Positions 1 to 8,505 of a stretch of DNA of 20,000 nt are shown piece by piece (position 1 is the first letter of the stretch; every line of letters starts with the position of its first letter). Under the pieces are notes generated by a model. It was not told the DNA's origin and did no database searches. It was given only the letters and a program-made list of their open reading frames with translations. Source of the DNA: an uncultured virus (IMG/VR IMGVR_UViG_3300025880_000013) (Duplodnaviria > Heunggongvirae > Uroviricota > Caudoviricetes); the IMG/VR virus record IMGVR_UViG_3300025880_000013; one strand, written 5' to 3'. Position numbers and translations under genes: made by a program.

Positions 1-117
1 CCTAAGATTGCTGTTAAATCTAGATTCGCTTTAGTTGAAGCTGGATTCCACGCTGAAACTCAGTACGTTACTTTCGAAGTAAAAGGTGCATGGGCTAACT
101 TAGTTAACTTAGTATAA
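1..117 (+). CDS. Major capsid protein (T4 gp23-like), C-terminal fragment
   Basis: Frame 1 reads PKIAVKSRFALVEAGFHAETQYVTFEVKGAWANLVNLV*, resembling the gp23 C-terminal 'PKIGFKTRYG' motif; codons typical of high expression (TTC/TAC/AAC); followed by a terminator. Truncated by the window edge and not in the ORF track. Confidence 0.75.
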   Translation, partial: PKIAVKSRFALVEAGFHAETQYVTFEVKGAWANLVNLV

Positions 118-154
118 TTCTAAATTAATTGGTTTAATACCACTATATTTTAAG

Positions 155-187
155 AAAGGGTAGCATTAATTTGTTACCCTTTTTTTT
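155..187 (+). terminator. Rho-independent terminator after capsid gene
   Basis: AGGGTAGCA-ttaatt-TGTTACCCT stem (one G-U pair) followed by a T run. Confidence 0.85.
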
Positions 188-189
188 GT

Positions 190-197
190 GATATATA
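190..197 (+). promoter_or_regulatory. Putative late promoter GATATATA
   Basis: Octamer recurs in intergenic gaps 22-33 nt before virion genes; resembles the T4 late promoter TATAAATA. Confidence 0.6.
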
Positions 198-230
198 GAT
201 TATATTAAAATAATAAAAACAAAGAATATT

Positions 231-1379
231 ATGATCAATAATTTTGAAAAGTGGTTTAACATGACCAATGAAAATCTTTTAAAAGAAGAAGTTGCTGAAA
301 CACCAACAGCACCCACACATACACCGACAGAAACTCAAGCACCTACATCTACAGAAACATCTGGTAGAAAAGGAATGATGCACGATGTTGACGCAATTAT
401 GACATCATTAGATGCATTAGCAGTTGAATTAACTGAAGAACTAGAAGCAGTTGAATCAGATTTAGCAATGAATGAAGCTGACGCAGCAGATGTTATTAAA
501 CAATGGTTTATTAGTATGAAAGCCGCTAAAGCACAACAGAAAGTTAATAAAATTAAAATGAATGCAGCAGATCTTGAATTTGCCGCAGATCAAGCAGATG
601 GCGACAAGGCAAAGGCAATTCAAGCTAAATTACCAAAAGTACAAAATCAAGCAAAAGAACTACAAGGAATGGTCGATGATAAATACGGTAGCAAAGGAGC
701 TATTGTAAGTGCTAGAATTTCTAAAGAAAAAATTAAAGGACAACTAGAGGTCATTAAAAGAACTACGGGTATGGAAGATGATCCAAAGAAAAAGTCGGAT
801 CTTAAGACTAAAATGAAAGAATTAGTTCAGAAGGCGAAGGAAGAAGAGCAAGCGATCGCAGACTTTGAAGATAAAAACGCTGAACAGATTGCAAAAGAAA
901 AAGAAAAATTAGCAGCCAAACAACAGGCCGATAAAGATAAAAAAGACGGTAAGACACCTGAAGGCGAGACCAACACAGATGGCAACACCAACACTGATGA
1001 CGATACCAACACTGATGGCAACACCAATACTGATGACGATACCAACACTGATGGCAACACCAACACTGATGACGATACCAACACTGATGGCAACACCAAC
1101 ACTGATGGCAACACCAATACTGATGACGATACCAACACTGATGACGATGAAGATGATAAAACAGGGACTAAAGAAGCACTAGTTATTAGAGCTAATGCAT
1201 CTGGTTTAAACGAATTAGCTTCAGAAATTGAATCTAAATCAGATTGGCAAGTTTCTGAAGGAACTGTATTAAGATCTAATTACGAAGCGATCATTAAGAA
1301 AGCAGAGTCTGATCAAATCTTAAACGAATCTAAACACCAAGTAAACTCAGTAAAAGATGCTTTTAGAAGATTAATGTAA
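231..1379 (+). CDS. Acidic coiled-coil protein with TNTD repeats; putative internal head/virion protein
   Basis: 382 aa ORF directly after the capsid gene; helical K/E/A-rich core; (L/I/M)xE motifs (LLKEE, MNEA, ILNES) like T4 gp21 protease sites; low-complexity linker. Confidence 0.55.
   Translation: MINNFEKWFNMTNENLLKEEVAETPTAPTHTPTETQAPTSTETSGRKGMMHDVDAIMTSLDALAVELTEELEAVESDLAMNEADAADVIKQWFISMKAAKAQQKVNKIKMNAADLEFAADQADGDKAKAIQAKLPKVQNQAKELQGMVDDKYGSKGAIVSARISKEKIKGQLEVIKRTTGMEDDPKKKSDLKTKMKELVQKAKEEEQAIADFEDKNAEQIAKEKEKLAAKQQADKDKKDGKTPEGETNTDGNTNTDDDTNTDGNTNTDDDTNTDGNTNTDDDTNTDGNTNTDGNTNTDDDTNTDDDEDDKTGTKEALVIRANASGLNELASEIESKSDWQVSEGTVLRSNYEAIIKKAESDQILNESKHQVNSVKDAFRRLM
969..1148 (+). 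repeat. In-frame 18-bp tandem repeat x10 encoding TNTDGN/TNTDDD
   Basis: Units ACCAACACTGATGGCAAC (A) and ACCAAYACTGATGACGAT (B) in order ABABABAABB. Confidence 0.95.
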
Positions 1380-1877
1380 TTATCTTTTAGAATTTTTACG
1401 AGCAAGTTTTAAGAACTCCTTCTGTTGATTCAGTAGGAGTTTTTTTACGTGTTTTTGAAAGCGAACTGAAGATTCCCAAATTCTAGAATCTACACTACCA
1501 CTTAAAGTGTCCCAATATTCAGGATGTACGAAGTTCTCAGCGCTAAAGTTATTTATATTAGATCGAATATCCCTATCACTCAAGGCACATTTCCAATCTA
1601 TTGTATCATAACTTTCTTTTAACTCATCTATCTTCACAAGCTCGTTAGTTGACCAATCATAGTATAACTTCTCAAATCGATCAGCATGTCGGTATCTACA
1701 TAACTCAAATATAATCTGTAAGAACTGATCATCCTGAGCACGGTCCTTGATAATAGGATGCTCTAATAATAATCTACGCTGTTGTTTTGAGATAGAGTCG
1801 TAGCGGATCCCGTATCTATTTCTAGGGTATGGCCCACCGGTTCTCTTTATATTAGGGTATTTCTTATTATATGCCAT
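1380..1877 (-). CDS. Hypothetical protein (165 aa, basic termini)
   Basis: Fills the gap between two + strand genes; its stop codon abuts the convergent gene's stop; GATAAATA upstream on the minus strand. Confidence 0.8.
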   Translation of the reverse strand: MAYNKKYPNIKRTGGPYPRNRYGIRYDSISKQQRRLLLEHPIIKDRAQDDQFLQIIFELCRYRHADRFEKLYYDWSTNELVKIDELKESYDTIDWKCALSDRDIRSNINNFSAENFVHPEYWDTLSGSVDSRIWESSVRFQKHVKKLLLNQQKEFLKLARKNSKR

Positions 1878-1883
1878 ATACTA

Positions 1884-1891
1884 TATTTATC
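1884..1891 (-). promoter_or_regulatory. Putative late promoter GATAAATA for the antisense gene
   Basis: Plus strand TATTTATC; ends 6 nt before the ATG at 1877. Confidence 0.45.
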
Positions 1892-1920
1892 TGAAACATT
1901 TCACAATACCTTCGTATAAT
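1892..1920 (+). promoter_or_regulatory. Putative early/middle promoter TGAAAC-N17-TATAAT
   Basis: Same architecture recurs at 14206 and 18052. Confidence 0.65.
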
Positions 1921-1939
1921 ATACCTAAACATATATCAA

Positions 1940-2890
1940 ATGATTCACGCATTATTTACAGAAAAATACAGACCTAAGAATCTACAAGACTTAATCTTAC
2001 CAGAAAGAGTAATGTCAAAGTTTAAAGACGGTCTATCACAAAACATTTTACTAGCAGGAAGCCCTGGAACCGGAAAGACTTCAACTGCGAAGGCAATTGT
2101 TCAACAGTTTGATTTACCATATCTATACATTAACGCCTCGACAGATACGTCAGTTGATGTTATTCGTACTAGAATTACAGATTTCTGTTCAACTATGTCG
2201 ATCTTAGATGATCGCGATAAATTTAAAGTAGTTATATTAGATGAGGTTGATGGTGTATCAGATCAATTCTTTAAAGCCCTACGTGCGACTATGGAAACAT
2301 TCGCAAGTAACTCACGTTTTATTGCAACATGTAATTACATTAATAAATTACCAGATCCAATTCTTTCTCGTTTTGAAGTTATTAATTTTGACTTTGATAA
2401 AGAAGAAGAGAGTGAATTGACAAAGAAGTATATTCGCAGAGTATATGATATTTGTGGAAAAGAAGGAATGACAATTGAAAAACCAGCACTTGTGGAATTT
2501 GTGAAGAGAAACTTCCCAGATTTAAGATCTACATTAAATAAATTACAAGGCTTTAAAACACAAGGCACAACTTCAATTAATGTCGACGATGTTAAAAAAT
2601 TTAACTCAGTTTATAAAGATGTATTTGAATTAATATTTAATGAAACAGATCCAGTTAAAAACTATCAATATCTAGTTGGAGAATATTCTAATCGAGTTGA
2701 CGATGTTTTACAAACACTAGGAGATGAATTTATTCAATACATTCAATCTGAAAAACAATCAGCAACCCGATTCATTCCACAGATTGCAGTTACTGTGGCC
2801 GAACATCAAGCTCAGCGTAATTTAGTAATCGACCAAGTTATCACTCTTTTAAGTTGTGTATATAAATTACAAGAAATAGTTCGACAATAA
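1940..2890 (+). CDS. Clamp loader AAA+ subunit (T4 gp44 / RFC small subunit-like)
   Basis: EKYRP N-terminal motif, Walker A GSPGTGKT, INAS, Walker B ILDEVD, SRF arginine-finger motif, FPDLR. Confidence 0.93.
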   Translation: MIHALFTEKYRPKNLQDLILPERVMSKFKDGLSQNILLAGSPGTGKTSTAKAIVQQFDLPYLYINASTDTSVDVIRTRITDFCSTMSILDDRDKFKVVILDEVDGVSDQFFKALRATMETFASNSRFIATCNYINKLPDPILSRFEVINFDFDKEEESELTKKYIRRVYDICGKEGMTIEKPALVEFVKRNFPDLRSTLNKLQGFKTQGTTSINVDDVKKFNSVYKDVFELIFNETDPVKNYQYLVGEYSNRVDDVLQTLGDEFIQYIQSEKQSATRFIPQIAVTVAEHQAQRNLVIDQVITLLSCVYKLQEIVRQ

Positions 2891-3669
2891 TGAAGAAAAA
2901 GGCAGCCATATTATGTCCTATTAAAAACGAGGAAATTTACATTAAAAAGTTTTTTGAATATTATCAAAAACATTTTGACGTTAATGACATCTATGTTTTA
3001 GATTTTGGATCATCTGCCGAATACATTAAAGATGTTATTGGTGAAAACGCAACTGTAATTAAAACAGACGCTAATATTTTAGACGCAATTGAGCTCTTTG
3101 AAGCTATAAGGAGTGCCCAATCAGATTTATATAAAGAATATGAGTATGTGCTTCCAGTAGATGTTGACGAGATTATATACTATAATGCCGAAGGAGGATT
3201 AAAAAAATATCTACAAGAAACAGACGTTGAATTAGTAACATGTAGAGGCCATGAGGTAATACACCTTCCTTTTTTACAAGATCCTATTGATCCTTCTAAA
3301 AAATGGATGAATCAGATCGAATATTGGTACCCTAATCACTTTCATTATGGCAAAACATTAATATCTAAAAAAGAACTAGAATGGGAAACTGGATTCCATA
3401 CATATTCCGGAGAAACAATAGATATTAGGGATAAAAATATAGATCATAACTTATTTTTAATCCATTTACATCGCCATGATTTTGAAACAACAATGTCAAG
3501 GCATATAAAATGGTCAGGTATGGAATGGTCTGAGTTTACTTTAAAAAATAAATTAAATTATCATTACACAGAAAAATCAAAAGAAAAATTAATAGATTGG
3601 TATTATAAACCACTATCTTCGAAATTATACACATTTCCAGAAGTTTTAAAAAAAAATATTGACATTTAA
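2890..3669 (+). CDS. GT-A fold (family 2-like) glycosyltransferase
   Basis: N-terminal CPIKNEEIYI, YVLDFGS, DxD motif VDVDE, WETGFH, LIHLH; start overlaps the gp44 stop (TAATG). Confidence 0.75.
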   Translation: MKKKAAILCPIKNEEIYIKKFFEYYQKHFDVNDIYVLDFGSSAEYIKDVIGENATVIKTDANILDAIELFEAIRSAQSDLYKEYEYVLPVDVDEIIYYNAEGGLKKYLQETDVELVTCRGHEVIHLPFLQDPIDPSKKWMNQIEYWYPNHFHYGKTLISKKELEWETGFHTYSGETIDIRDKNIDHNLFLIHLHRHDFETTMSRHIKWSGMEWSEFTLKNKLNYHYTEKSKEKLIDWYYKPLSSKLYTFPEVLKKNIDI

Positions 3670-3679
3670 TTACTTTAAA

Positions 3680-3711
3680 TTTTTTTATGTCGCAAAAAAG
3701 TGTTATATTTA
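3680..3711 (+). promoter_or_regulatory. Possible Bacteroidota-type housekeeping promoter (TTTT...TATATTTA)
   Basis: TATATTTA at 3704-3711 resembles the -7 element TAnnTTTG, with a T-rich stretch ~20 nt upstream; imperfect match in AT-rich DNA. Confidence 0.35.
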
Positions 3712-3740
3712 CTTATAACAAAAAATAAAAACACAAAGAT

Positions 3741-4967
3741 ATGAAGCTAGGCAAACATACATTATTAATAGACGGTAACTATTTTCTACACAGTAGATTA
3801 TTTGTACTACCAAGACCTAAAGGTGAACAACTGCTAGGTACCACAGAGAGTCAATCAAGTTTAATGCGTAAATTATGCATTGACTTTGCGTCAGAAGTAC
3901 GTAAGATGTCAGGCTTTGTTGATCAAATTGTCGTAGCAATTGATGATAAATCATGGCGTAAAGATCTTTTTCCAGATGCACAGTACAAGGGCACTAGAAG
4001 TTACGATGACTCAATTAATTGGGCCGGCGTATTTAGTACTTATAAAGCATGGCAAGAAATCTTACAAAAACAAGGTGTAGTTATTCACCAAGTCAAAGGT
4101 GCAGAAGCAGATGATGTTATGTTCGGCTGGTCAACTCAGTTAAATAATGAAGGTAAGAATTGTATTGCATGGACAGGTGATCGTGATTTAATTCAATTAG
4201 TTAATTACAATCAAGCAACAGATGCATATACCTTATGGTACTATAATTCAAAACGTAAGTTAATTGCATTCGAAGGTTTCGAAGAAGTATTAAATGAACG
4301 TGCAACTGATAAAATGTCTAATGATGATTTGATGTTCAATATGAACTCTAATACAGTAATGCACGATCAAATGAAACAAAACTTAACAGATTGGTCTCTT
4401 AAGAACGGTGTTTCTATCGAAGAAATCAATTGTGATGATTTTATTTTTACTAAGATCTTACAAGGTGATAAGAGTGATAATATTAAAAGTGTTGTCTCTT
4501 GGACAAAAACAGCAAAGTCCGGTAAGATTATGAACTATTCTATTACTGAAAAGAACGCTCTTAAAATTCTAGATCAATATAAAGAATTACATGGTAGTTT
4601 TTCAATTGATGATTTCTTTAATAAAGAAAGCGTTAATTCAATCGTAGACATCATTCATAAAGTTATCGGTAAGTCTACGTTATCAGAAATTAAAGGCAGA
4701 TTTAATCAAAACCTAGATTTAATGTTATTGCACTTTAATACTATACCAGATCCTATTCAAAAAGAAATCTATAAAGTAATTGAAAATGATTACAATATAG
4801 AGCCTACATTCCCAAAATTAACTAAAATGGAAGTAATCTTAGAAGGAACAGAGTGGTTAAAGAAAAAAGGCACTAGCGCTCCCGGAGGATACGATCCATT
4901 TGCAGGCTTAAAAACTCCTGAAACAAAACAACAAGACAACAGTAAAATAACAAACGAGTTATTCTAA
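3741..4967 (+). CDS. rnh: T4 RNase H-like 5'-3' exonuclease (FEN1/PIN family)
   Basis: LLIDGN, YKGTR, GAEADD, TGDRDLIQL, ILQGDKSDNI catalytic motifs. Confidence 0.9.
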   Translation: MKLGKHTLLIDGNYFLHSRLFVLPRPKGEQLLGTTESQSSLMRKLCIDFASEVRKMSGFVDQIVVAIDDKSWRKDLFPDAQYKGTRSYDDSINWAGVFSTYKAWQEILQKQGVVIHQVKGAEADDVMFGWSTQLNNEGKNCIAWTGDRDLIQLVNYNQATDAYTLWYYNSKRKLIAFEGFEEVLNERATDKMSNDDLMFNMNSNTVMHDQMKQNLTDWSLKNGVSIEEINCDDFIFTKILQGDKSDNIKSVVSWTKTAKSGKIMNYSITEKNALKILDQYKELHGSFSIDDFFNKESVNSIVDIIHKVIGKSTLSEIKGRFNQNLDLMLLHFNTIPDPIQKEIYKVIENDYNIEPTFPKLTKMEVILEGTEWLKKKGTSAPGGYDPFAGLKTPETKQQDNSKITNELF

Positions 4968-4971
4968 ATAT

Positions 4972-5403
4972 ATGCTAGACGAAACTAAACTATTTGACTT
5001 TGTAAAAATAATGTTTACAAAGCAAAAAGAATACTATGACATAAAGCAATTTAATAAGAAGAGACATCACTTTATGATCAATCGATTCTTTGCGATTAAG
5101 TTTCCAGCAAACGCGCAGCTGTTTAATGTTAATGGTATCAATCCAATTTCAGTAATTGATAGCTGGGCATTAGTTGCCTCAAGATTTAGAGGAGTTCCAG
5201 GCTGGATTTATACTAAGACTAAAAAATCTAAAAAGAAAACAACTTCAAATAAAGGTAAATATATACCAAGTGATGAAGCAATCCAATTCTTTATAGAAAA
5301 GAATGAAATTGGAATGCGAGAATTCAAAGAACTAGAAAAGTTCGCTAAAGATGAATTATACATATCACTTAAATCGATAGAAGGATCGATGAAAGTGTAT
5401 TAA
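4972..5403 (+). CDS. Putative clamp loader A subunit (T4 gp62-like)
   Basis: LFDFV, FMINRFF and W..TKTKK resemble gp62-family motifs; size 143 aa; near gp44. Confidence 0.55.
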   Translation: MLDETKLFDFVKIMFTKQKEYYDIKQFNKKRHHFMINRFFAIKFPANAQLFNVNGINPISVIDSWALVASRFRGVPGWIYTKTKKSKKKTTSNKGKYIPSDEAIQFFIEKNEIGMREFKELEKFAKDELYISLKSIEGSMKVY

Positions 5404-5416
5404 CACCTACAATTAA

Positions 5417-6070
5417 ATGAACATCAGTAGTTTCCCAACAGCAGTTGACGTAACATTACAACGATATAATCACATGGACAATCGCATGTGGACCCAAATT
5501 AAAAATCAATTAAATTATGTTGATGTTAGTGGAGGTTCCGTAGTGGTTAGCGTTGAGCAACTCAGCTCATTTCTAGAGATTAACTATATGGATCTCATTA
5601 ATCAAGTTAAATCAACTGGCGCAGAATTTCTTCACAAAAGAGTAAATTCACCTTATTTCTTATATATGATGTGTTTAGATATGCAAAACCTACAATTGGT
5701 TAAATTTAATCTATCATATGATAAACAATTTACTCGCTTAATTGAAAGTGACGGCAATAAAGTTTTAAAATTTGATTTTAGAATTTTATCAATGACAATT
5801 AACCTATCTAATATATTCGAAGCTGAAGATCTTCAAATAATAAATCCGGTTTTAGAAAAGACAAAAATACTTGAAGAAGGGGTTCCTTACGCTAGATTAA
5901 AAATAATAGATCTATTAGATACCTTAGATGATTGGGTAAATTCTGAAATGGATAATGAATTAGAAGATGAGGAACCTGATCCAGTGCCGCTAATCACGAC
6001 GATATTAGATTTAATAGACGTGAAAACCGAAGGAGATAACCCTATAACTTTATTAGTTACTGATTATTGA
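5417..6070 (+). CDS. Hypothetical protein (217 aa, acidic C-terminus)
   Basis: Closely packed ORF; no recognisable motif. Confidence 0.75.
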   Translation: MNISSFPTAVDVTLQRYNHMDNRMWTQIKNQLNYVDVSGGSVVVSVEQLSSFLEINYMDLINQVKSTGAEFLHKRVNSPYFLYMMCLDMQNLQLVKFNLSYDKQFTRLIESDGNKVLKFDFRILSMTINLSNIFEAEDLQIINPVLEKTKILEEGVPYARLKIIDLLDTLDDWVNSEMDNELEDEEPDPVPLITTILDLIDVKTEGDNPITLLVTDY

Positions 6071-6112
6071 TATATTTAATCGAATATATAGATTAAATAA
6101 AATAATCCTATA

Positions 6113-6520
6113 ATGAAAATATTCGGTAATTTTGGAAAGAGGGAAGCTTTGATTTATATCATAGTAGCCTTATGGATAACTATGGGTATATTTGCGGCAA
6201 TGAAGGCCTCAAGTTTATCAGATTTAGCAGTTTACTTTGGAGCTTTAACAGCTTACGCAGCAACATACATTTGGGCAGAATCAAAAAGACCTAGTAGTAA
6301 AACAGGTATAATGCGCAAAGGTCCTCATTCTAGGAGAGAGATGATGATATATGTTGTAGTTTTTCTTTGGGCTATCGCAGGTTTTGCATCAATGTACTAT
6401 GCTAGAGACCTAAAAGAATTATCAGTTTATTTCGCATCATTAACAGGATTCGTAGCTTCATGGATTGCTGGTGAAAAGTTTAAACCAGAAGATGAAGTTA
6501 ATCAAAATATTAAAAAATAA
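6113..6520 (+). CDS. Four-TM membrane protein with internal duplication (holin-like candidate)
   Basis: Two similar halves, REALIYIIVALW...LAVYFGALT...WAESKRP and REMMIYVVVFLW...LSVYFASLT...IAGEKFKP; AATATATA at 6083-6090 upstream. Confidence 0.7.
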   Translation: MKIFGNFGKREALIYIIVALWITMGIFAAMKASSLSDLAVYFGALTAYAATYIWAESKRPSSKTGIMRKGPHSRREMMIYVVVFLWAIAGFASMYYARDLKELSVYFASLTGFVASWIAGEKFKPEDEVNQNIKK

Positions 6521-8469
6521 TGGTTACAGGATTTACAGCAACAGAATATGGTGATTTTTTAATCGCTAAACTTAATGATCCTTACTATAATACAGTAAAG
6601 GTATTAGATTGGGAAATAGTAGCAGGTGTTCAGAGTTTTAGAACAACGGGTACCTTGTCAACACAAGCCGGATCCACAACCGTTAATGGAAAGTTTACAG
6701 AATTTAGTAATTTTTCTACAGGGGATGAAATTATAATCGGAAATACGACATTTACGATCGATACTATAATTACACCGATTGAATTAACTCTAACGGAGGC
6801 CCCTGATTTTACAACAACCGAAATTGAGTTTTATACACCAACAAACGCAAATAACTATTTTGAGTATGAATATAGATGGTCAAAAGACAACGAACAGTTT
6901 TCTGAACTAAGGCCTCTAAGCAAAACTCAGGGATTTACTGATTTAATGGGATTAACCTTTAATTCCGCAGATCCTCTATGGATTGATGTTAGGGCTGAAG
7001 TAGCCGCAATAACAACAGGATACTCAATATCAATTATATCAGTAACATATACGTTAGAAACAGTAGATGGAACAGTAATTAGCTGTCCACAGTTTTGTGT
7101 TGAATGTACTGATCCTTTTGCAATGTATGGTTGTGCAAATATTATCGAATGTGAAGATGATAATTTATTTAATCCATATGATTTAAATAAATCAACAAAT
7201 TTATATGAACAGCTGGTCGGAATGACTAGTAATATTTTCGGACATCCTGTTCAGTATTTTAGAACTGAGCCGGACGCAAGAACTGTAGATGTTCACTTAA
7301 TGGAATATTCTCTGCATAATGTTGTAGATAAAAAGACCGTAAAGATATTAGTACCAGATAATGAATTTCCAGATGAGTCGATGACTTATGATATTTTTGG
7401 AATGGAATTTGCAGAATTTGAAATCCACATTACAGCTTCAGAATTTGAAGCAGTATTTGGACAAGGCAAAACACCAAGAAACAAGGATTACATGTATATT
7501 CCATTAATTAATAGAATGTATGAAATTAATTCACTTTCAATTGCTGATGAATTTAATCAAACTTCGTCTTATTGGAGATGTAAATTAGTTAAATATCAAG
7601 AAAGATCATCAGTTATTAAAAATGAATTTGAAGTTGATACAGATAATTTAACAACAGGGGTTGAAGAAGTATTTGGAGAAAGGCAGAGAGAAGAACAAGA
7701 AAAAGTTACTAATCCAACGCAATTCCAAACAGTTTCTACTGCATATCGAGACGGAATTAGAGGATTTATTGATAAAGATTTAAAAATAGAAGATTATGAT
7801 CTAAAGAACAGATGGACCGTTGTTAGTAAAAACTATTACGATTTAAGTAATATTAACGGACAAAGAACTGGAGTTGAATATGCAGTACCTTCTAAATTAA
7901 TTTCAACCGATAATCTAGCAACTAGTTTATGGTTTTCTCCACAACTAGATAGCACAGATACGGGAGAGTATGTTTTATTTGGAGATTTAGCAGCACTTGG
8001 TGGTTTTAAATTATTCTATAGTAATACCGGATTTAAGGTAAGTGCAAACGGAATAGATCATGAATTTAACCATGGAATTACCCTACAAAAAGGAGAATGG
8101 TATGGATTAATCTTTAATATAAACAATAAGTTTTTACAGATTTCTCTATCATTATATAGATTGGATTCAACCAACAACACTGGAACATCAGTAGGTTCTC
8201 GTCCGCAAGATGCAAGTAATAATTTAATTGAAGAATATACAGAAACAATAGAAGCAGGTCAACCACTACAGTGGGATTCGAATTCAAAATACCACATTAG
8301 AGGAAATAAAACTTATATGACAAATATCAGGGTATTTACTAATGTGATAGAATTTGAACAACACCACAATATATTAAATCAATATGTAGTTAGAGATAAT
8401 CAATTATCAATCCTTATAGATAATGCAATCCCAAGTTTAGGCTATCAACGATTCAAGAACGCTAGATAA
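6520..8469 (+). CDS. Neck/head-closure protein (T4 gp14-like core) with extra N-terminal beta domain and C-terminal LamG-like domain
   Basis: Central FGHPVQYF...FGM...F...PRNKDYMYIPLINRMYEI resembles gp14; position upstream of terminase; C-terminal SLWF/GEWYGLIF/NIRVF pattern. Confidence 0.6.
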   Translation: MVTGFTATEYGDFLIAKLNDPYYNTVKVLDWEIVAGVQSFRTTGTLSTQAGSTTVNGKFTEFSNFSTGDEIIIGNTTFTIDTIITPIELTLTEAPDFTTTEIEFYTPTNANNYFEYEYRWSKDNEQFSELRPLSKTQGFTDLMGLTFNSADPLWIDVRAEVAAITTGYSISIISVTYTLETVDGTVISCPQFCVECTDPFAMYGCANIIECEDDNLFNPYDLNKSTNLYEQLVGMTSNIFGHPVQYFRTEPDARTVDVHLMEYSLHNVVDKKTVKILVPDNEFPDESMTYDIFGMEFAEFEIHITASEFEAVFGQGKTPRNKDYMYIPLINRMYEINSLSIADEFNQTSSYWRCKLVKYQERSSVIKNEFEVDTDNLTTGVEEVFGERQREEQEKVTNPTQFQTVSTAYRDGIRGFIDKDLKIEDYDLKNRWTVVSKNYYDLSNINGQRTGVEYAVPSKLISTDNLATSLWFSPQLDSTDTGEYVLFGDLAALGGFKLFYSNTGFKVSANGIDHEFNHGITLQKGEWYGLIFNINNKFLQISLSLYRLDSTNNTGTSVGSRPQDASNNLIEEYTETIEAGQPLQWDSNSKYHIRGNKTYMTNIRVFTNVIEFEQHHNILNQYVVRDNQLSILIDNAIPSLGYQRFKNAR

Positions 8470-8475
8470 AATTAG

Positions 8476-8483
8476 GATAAATA
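8476..8483 (+). promoter_or_regulatory. Putative late promoter GATAAATA
   Basis: Intergenic, 22 nt before the terminase small subunit ATG. Confidence 0.55.
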
Positions 8484-8505
8484 ATCTATAATAAAACATT
8501 GAAAT

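Noticed and set aside
969..1148. Repeat as a CRISPR array
   Set aside because: No unique spacers; 18-bp in-frame coding units
827..1182. ORFs 827-1138 (-) and 979-1182 (+)
   Set aside because: Shadow frames kept open by the 18-bp repeat inside the 382-aa gene
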